Positions 24,680-26,828 of a stretch of 26,828 bases of DNA are shown piece by piece. Below the pieces are notes generated by a model, which was not told where the DNA came from, did no database searches, and saw only the letters and a list, made by a program, of their open reading frames with translations. This stretch comes from a virus (Duplodnaviria > Caudoviricetes). Each line of letters starts with the position of its first letter. The stretch's first letter is position 1. Location: positions 1-26,828 of the IMG/VR virus record IMGVR_UViG_3300032087_001786; one strand, written 5' to 3'. The translations under genes were made by a program, and so were the position numbers.

Positions 24680-26828
24680 TAGTAATTACCTATGATGTTT
24701 TGAGCATTTGCAAAGCCGTTCAAACTATCCCTATCGTAAACACCAAAACCATTGTATATCTCTCTTTGTTTTCTTTCTTCTTCAGTTAAGGCTTCTCCAC
24801 CTCTTCTAGTCAACCTATCTTTTTCGATTATACTCGCCCACTCAGCTACCTTAGTGTTGAACTCCAACCTATTACCAAACAGTTTAACATCCCTAGCATC
24901 TAAAGGAGGAACAGCATTGTTAAGTAGTTTATAACTTTCAGGATCAAATGAATCAAAACCATGCCTAAATAACGAAACACCTAACTCGATTAACTCACCA
25001 TCTGCAACCATTTGTGACCGCTCAGTCTTAACTTGCTCTCGGAAATTAGGAGGTAGAATTTTAAAACGACGCAGTGTTGTATATTTTTTTTCTGCCTTAG
25101 TTTTTTCTTTACCAGTTAACCCAGGCTCTGCTGTCACATCAAAATCTACAGTAGAAGCTTCTAGCATACCTTGGAATCTTTCCCTCTCTTGTTGTATTAG
25201 TGTACGCTGTAACTCTTCTAACTTAGCGTCTCTTACTTCTGGGTCTTCACCTTCAATAGCAAACGCTTCTTTCTTGAGTTCATTTTTTATGTAAGATATA
25301 GAGTACGGTAAGTACGATCCGAGGCTGACATCAGCAGTTGTAGGGTCTAAATTAGTTACTTGATTTTCTGCTATCTTTAAATTTTCCCTCAACGCTTCGC
25401 CAGCTTTTGCGTAATAGTCTTTCTTTAATATATAATTACCAGCTGCTAGTCTTCTAGATTCTTCTAGTAACTTATCAAACCTTGGTACTCTACCTCCTTC
25501 TTGTGCTATGTATCCTTTCCAAGGTGTGGGGTCTTCAGGGTTATTAGCAGCATATTTACGGAGTCCATTTAAAGCTTCTTTGATATTAGGTTCTGTCAAA
25601 GGCATAGGTGCAACGCCAGCTGCTTTAATAGCTTCCCATTGACTAAGTATATCATCATTAATCCTAAAGTATAACTTTGAAGCTAAGTCGCTTTTATTAG
25701 CCATACCCTCTAAAATGTTATTTAAGTTTCTACCAAAATCCCCAGGACCAAAAGCTTGTTCAATGTTCCTTGTTATTTCCTCGTCAGACATTTCTGGATC
25801 AAGTGTAGAAAAAGCACTTTTAAGAGTATCTATTTTAGAATCCGGCATATCTTCTAACCTTTTAGGGTTGGAAGCGAGAACAGCTAATAACCTACCTTTT
25901 AAAACATCCCGTGCTTCTGCTGTTGATTGTGTAGATACGCTATCTATTTTACCTACTACATCATCTCTGATTCCAGTTAGTTCCTCTAATGCTTTAGCAC
26001 CTTGAAATATAGGAGCACCATTAACTGTTATACCTTGTACTCCATCTAGCAATCTGAAAGCAGCATCATGTTTCTTATCTGCGTCTAACATTCTAGCTTG
26101 TTGTTTAACAGCATTTATAAGAATCTCTGATCTTTCTTGTTTAGTTATACCCGGAATATCTTTAGCTAAGACTTTGTCGTAATCTCGTATAACAGCTTGT
26201 AGGTCACTAAAAGGAACAATACGGTTATTAGCAGTCATAGCACCTAGCGTAACACTTATGTCGTTAGTCTTTTCATTTAAGGTGTAAGCTGTTCTAGCTG
26301 CTTTATACTTAGCTAATAAATCTTGTTTATACTTAGAAGTAACGGCATTCCACATAGCTTTAGAAGCTAAAGTATTAGCAACATCCCCACCTAAAGCTTC
26401 TGAGTACGCAGCCCATTCCTCGTTTATAGTAGCGTCGATGTTCTGCGATACCGCATCATACGATGTATACTTCTCAACATTAATAAAATCAGCAGCTTTA
26501 CCTTCAAGACTTGGTATAGCCGTTTGATTTATTTGTTTCTTTATAAGAATCTCGTTGAACTTATCTTGCTCTCTTTGTTGCTCTTGAAACTGTGCAGCTT
26601 GTGCTTTCTGTAGCTCTATGTCTCTAGTTAGTTGTTGCTGTCTAATACCAGCGTATCCTTTAACCAACAAGCCTGCTTTCTCAAAGTCCCCTGCAAGTCT
26701 TAACAGTGGTGATGCTTGTGGTTTAGCTGCTTGTTGTTGTGCTATTCCAAACTGAAACCCAGGAAGATCAACAGGTTGAACAGTAGGTGCTTCGCCTAAC
26801 CCTTGTACTTGTACTCGCTGCTTCGCCA
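24679..26828 (-). CDS. Internal virion protein, T7 gp15-position (start codon cut at window edge)
   Basis: Frame stays open beyond the track start (26670) to the edge: (M)AKQRVQVQGLGEAPTVQP...; the terminal TG suggests an ATG beginning at 26829. Assigned by synteny. Confidence 0.7.
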   Translation of the reverse strand, partial: AKQRVQVQGLGEAPTVQPVDLPGFQFGIAQQQAAKPQASPLLRLAGDFEKAGLLVKGYAGIRQQQLTRDIELQKAQAAQFQEQQREQDKFNEILIKKQINQTAIPSLEGKAADFINVEKYTSYDAVSQNIDATINEEWAAYSEALGGDVANTLASKAMWNAVTSKYKQDLLAKYKAARTAYTLNEKTNDISVTLGAMTANNRIVPFSDLQAVIRDYDKVLAKDIPGITKQERSEILINAVKQQARMLDADKKHDAAFRLLDGVQGITVNGAPIFQGAKALEELTGIRDDVVGKIDSVSTQSTAEARDVLKGRLLAVLASNPKRLEDMPDSKIDTLKSAFSTLDPEMSDEEITRNIEQAFGPGDFGRNLNNILEGMANKSDLASKLYFRINDDILSQWEAIKAAGVAPMPLTEPNIKEALNGLRKYAANNPEDPTPWKGYIAQEGGRVPRFDKLLEESRRLAAGNYILKKDYYAKAGEALRENLKIAENQVTNLDPTTADVSLGSYLPYSISYIKNELKKEAFAIEGEDPEVRDAKLEELQRTLIQQERERFQGMLEASTVDFDVTAEPGLTGKEKTKAEKKYTTLRRFKILPPNFREQVKTERSQMVADGELIELGVSLFRHGFDSFDPESYKLLNNAVPPLDARDVKLFGNRLEFNTKVAEWASIIEKDRLTRRGGEALTEEERKQREIYNGFGVYDRDSLNGFANAQNIIGNY

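Noticed and set aside
486-26005. All plus-strand ORFs in the track
   Set aside because: They lie antisense to well-supported minus-strand genes, are mostly Ser/Leu/Phe-rich mirror frames and have no recognisable motifs.
12000-26828. Inverted copies (TACCTG...) of the GGACAGGTA motif beyond dif, as a KOPS polarity switch would predict
   Set aside because: Only partial matches were seen (e.g. 14872, 17701), explainable by xCA-GGT codon usage; similar partial matches occur left of dif.

Overview
The window is part of a T7-like podovirus (Autographiviridae-type) genome, with every credible gene on the minus strand. It is circularly permuted across the genome end. In transcription order (right to left) it contains two large internal virion proteins, a T7 gp17-type tail fibre, a holin-like protein, three small basic proteins, an SGNH-esterase receptor-binding protein, and the small and large terminase subunits. 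These are followed by a ~1.4 kb mostly non-coding terminal region, ~20 small early genes (including a GP88-like Cys-rich protein), single-subunit RNA polymerase, SSB, endonuclease I, primase-helicase, a DUF3223/DCL protein and family A DNA polymerase. No integrase, tRNA or CRISPR is visible. The most notable signals are: (1) a XerC/XerD dif-like 28-mer at 11962-11989, within a cluster of host-factor-like sites (DnaA box, Fur-type palindromes); (2) two strand-polarised DNA motifs, GGACAGGTA and TCGGTT, packed into the early region 7.5-9.15 kb regardless of reading frame; (3) an internal gp4B-type helicase start coupled to the endonuclease stop codon; (4) a stand-alone DUF3223 gene in the replication module. 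All family calls come from motif recognition by eye, not database searches.
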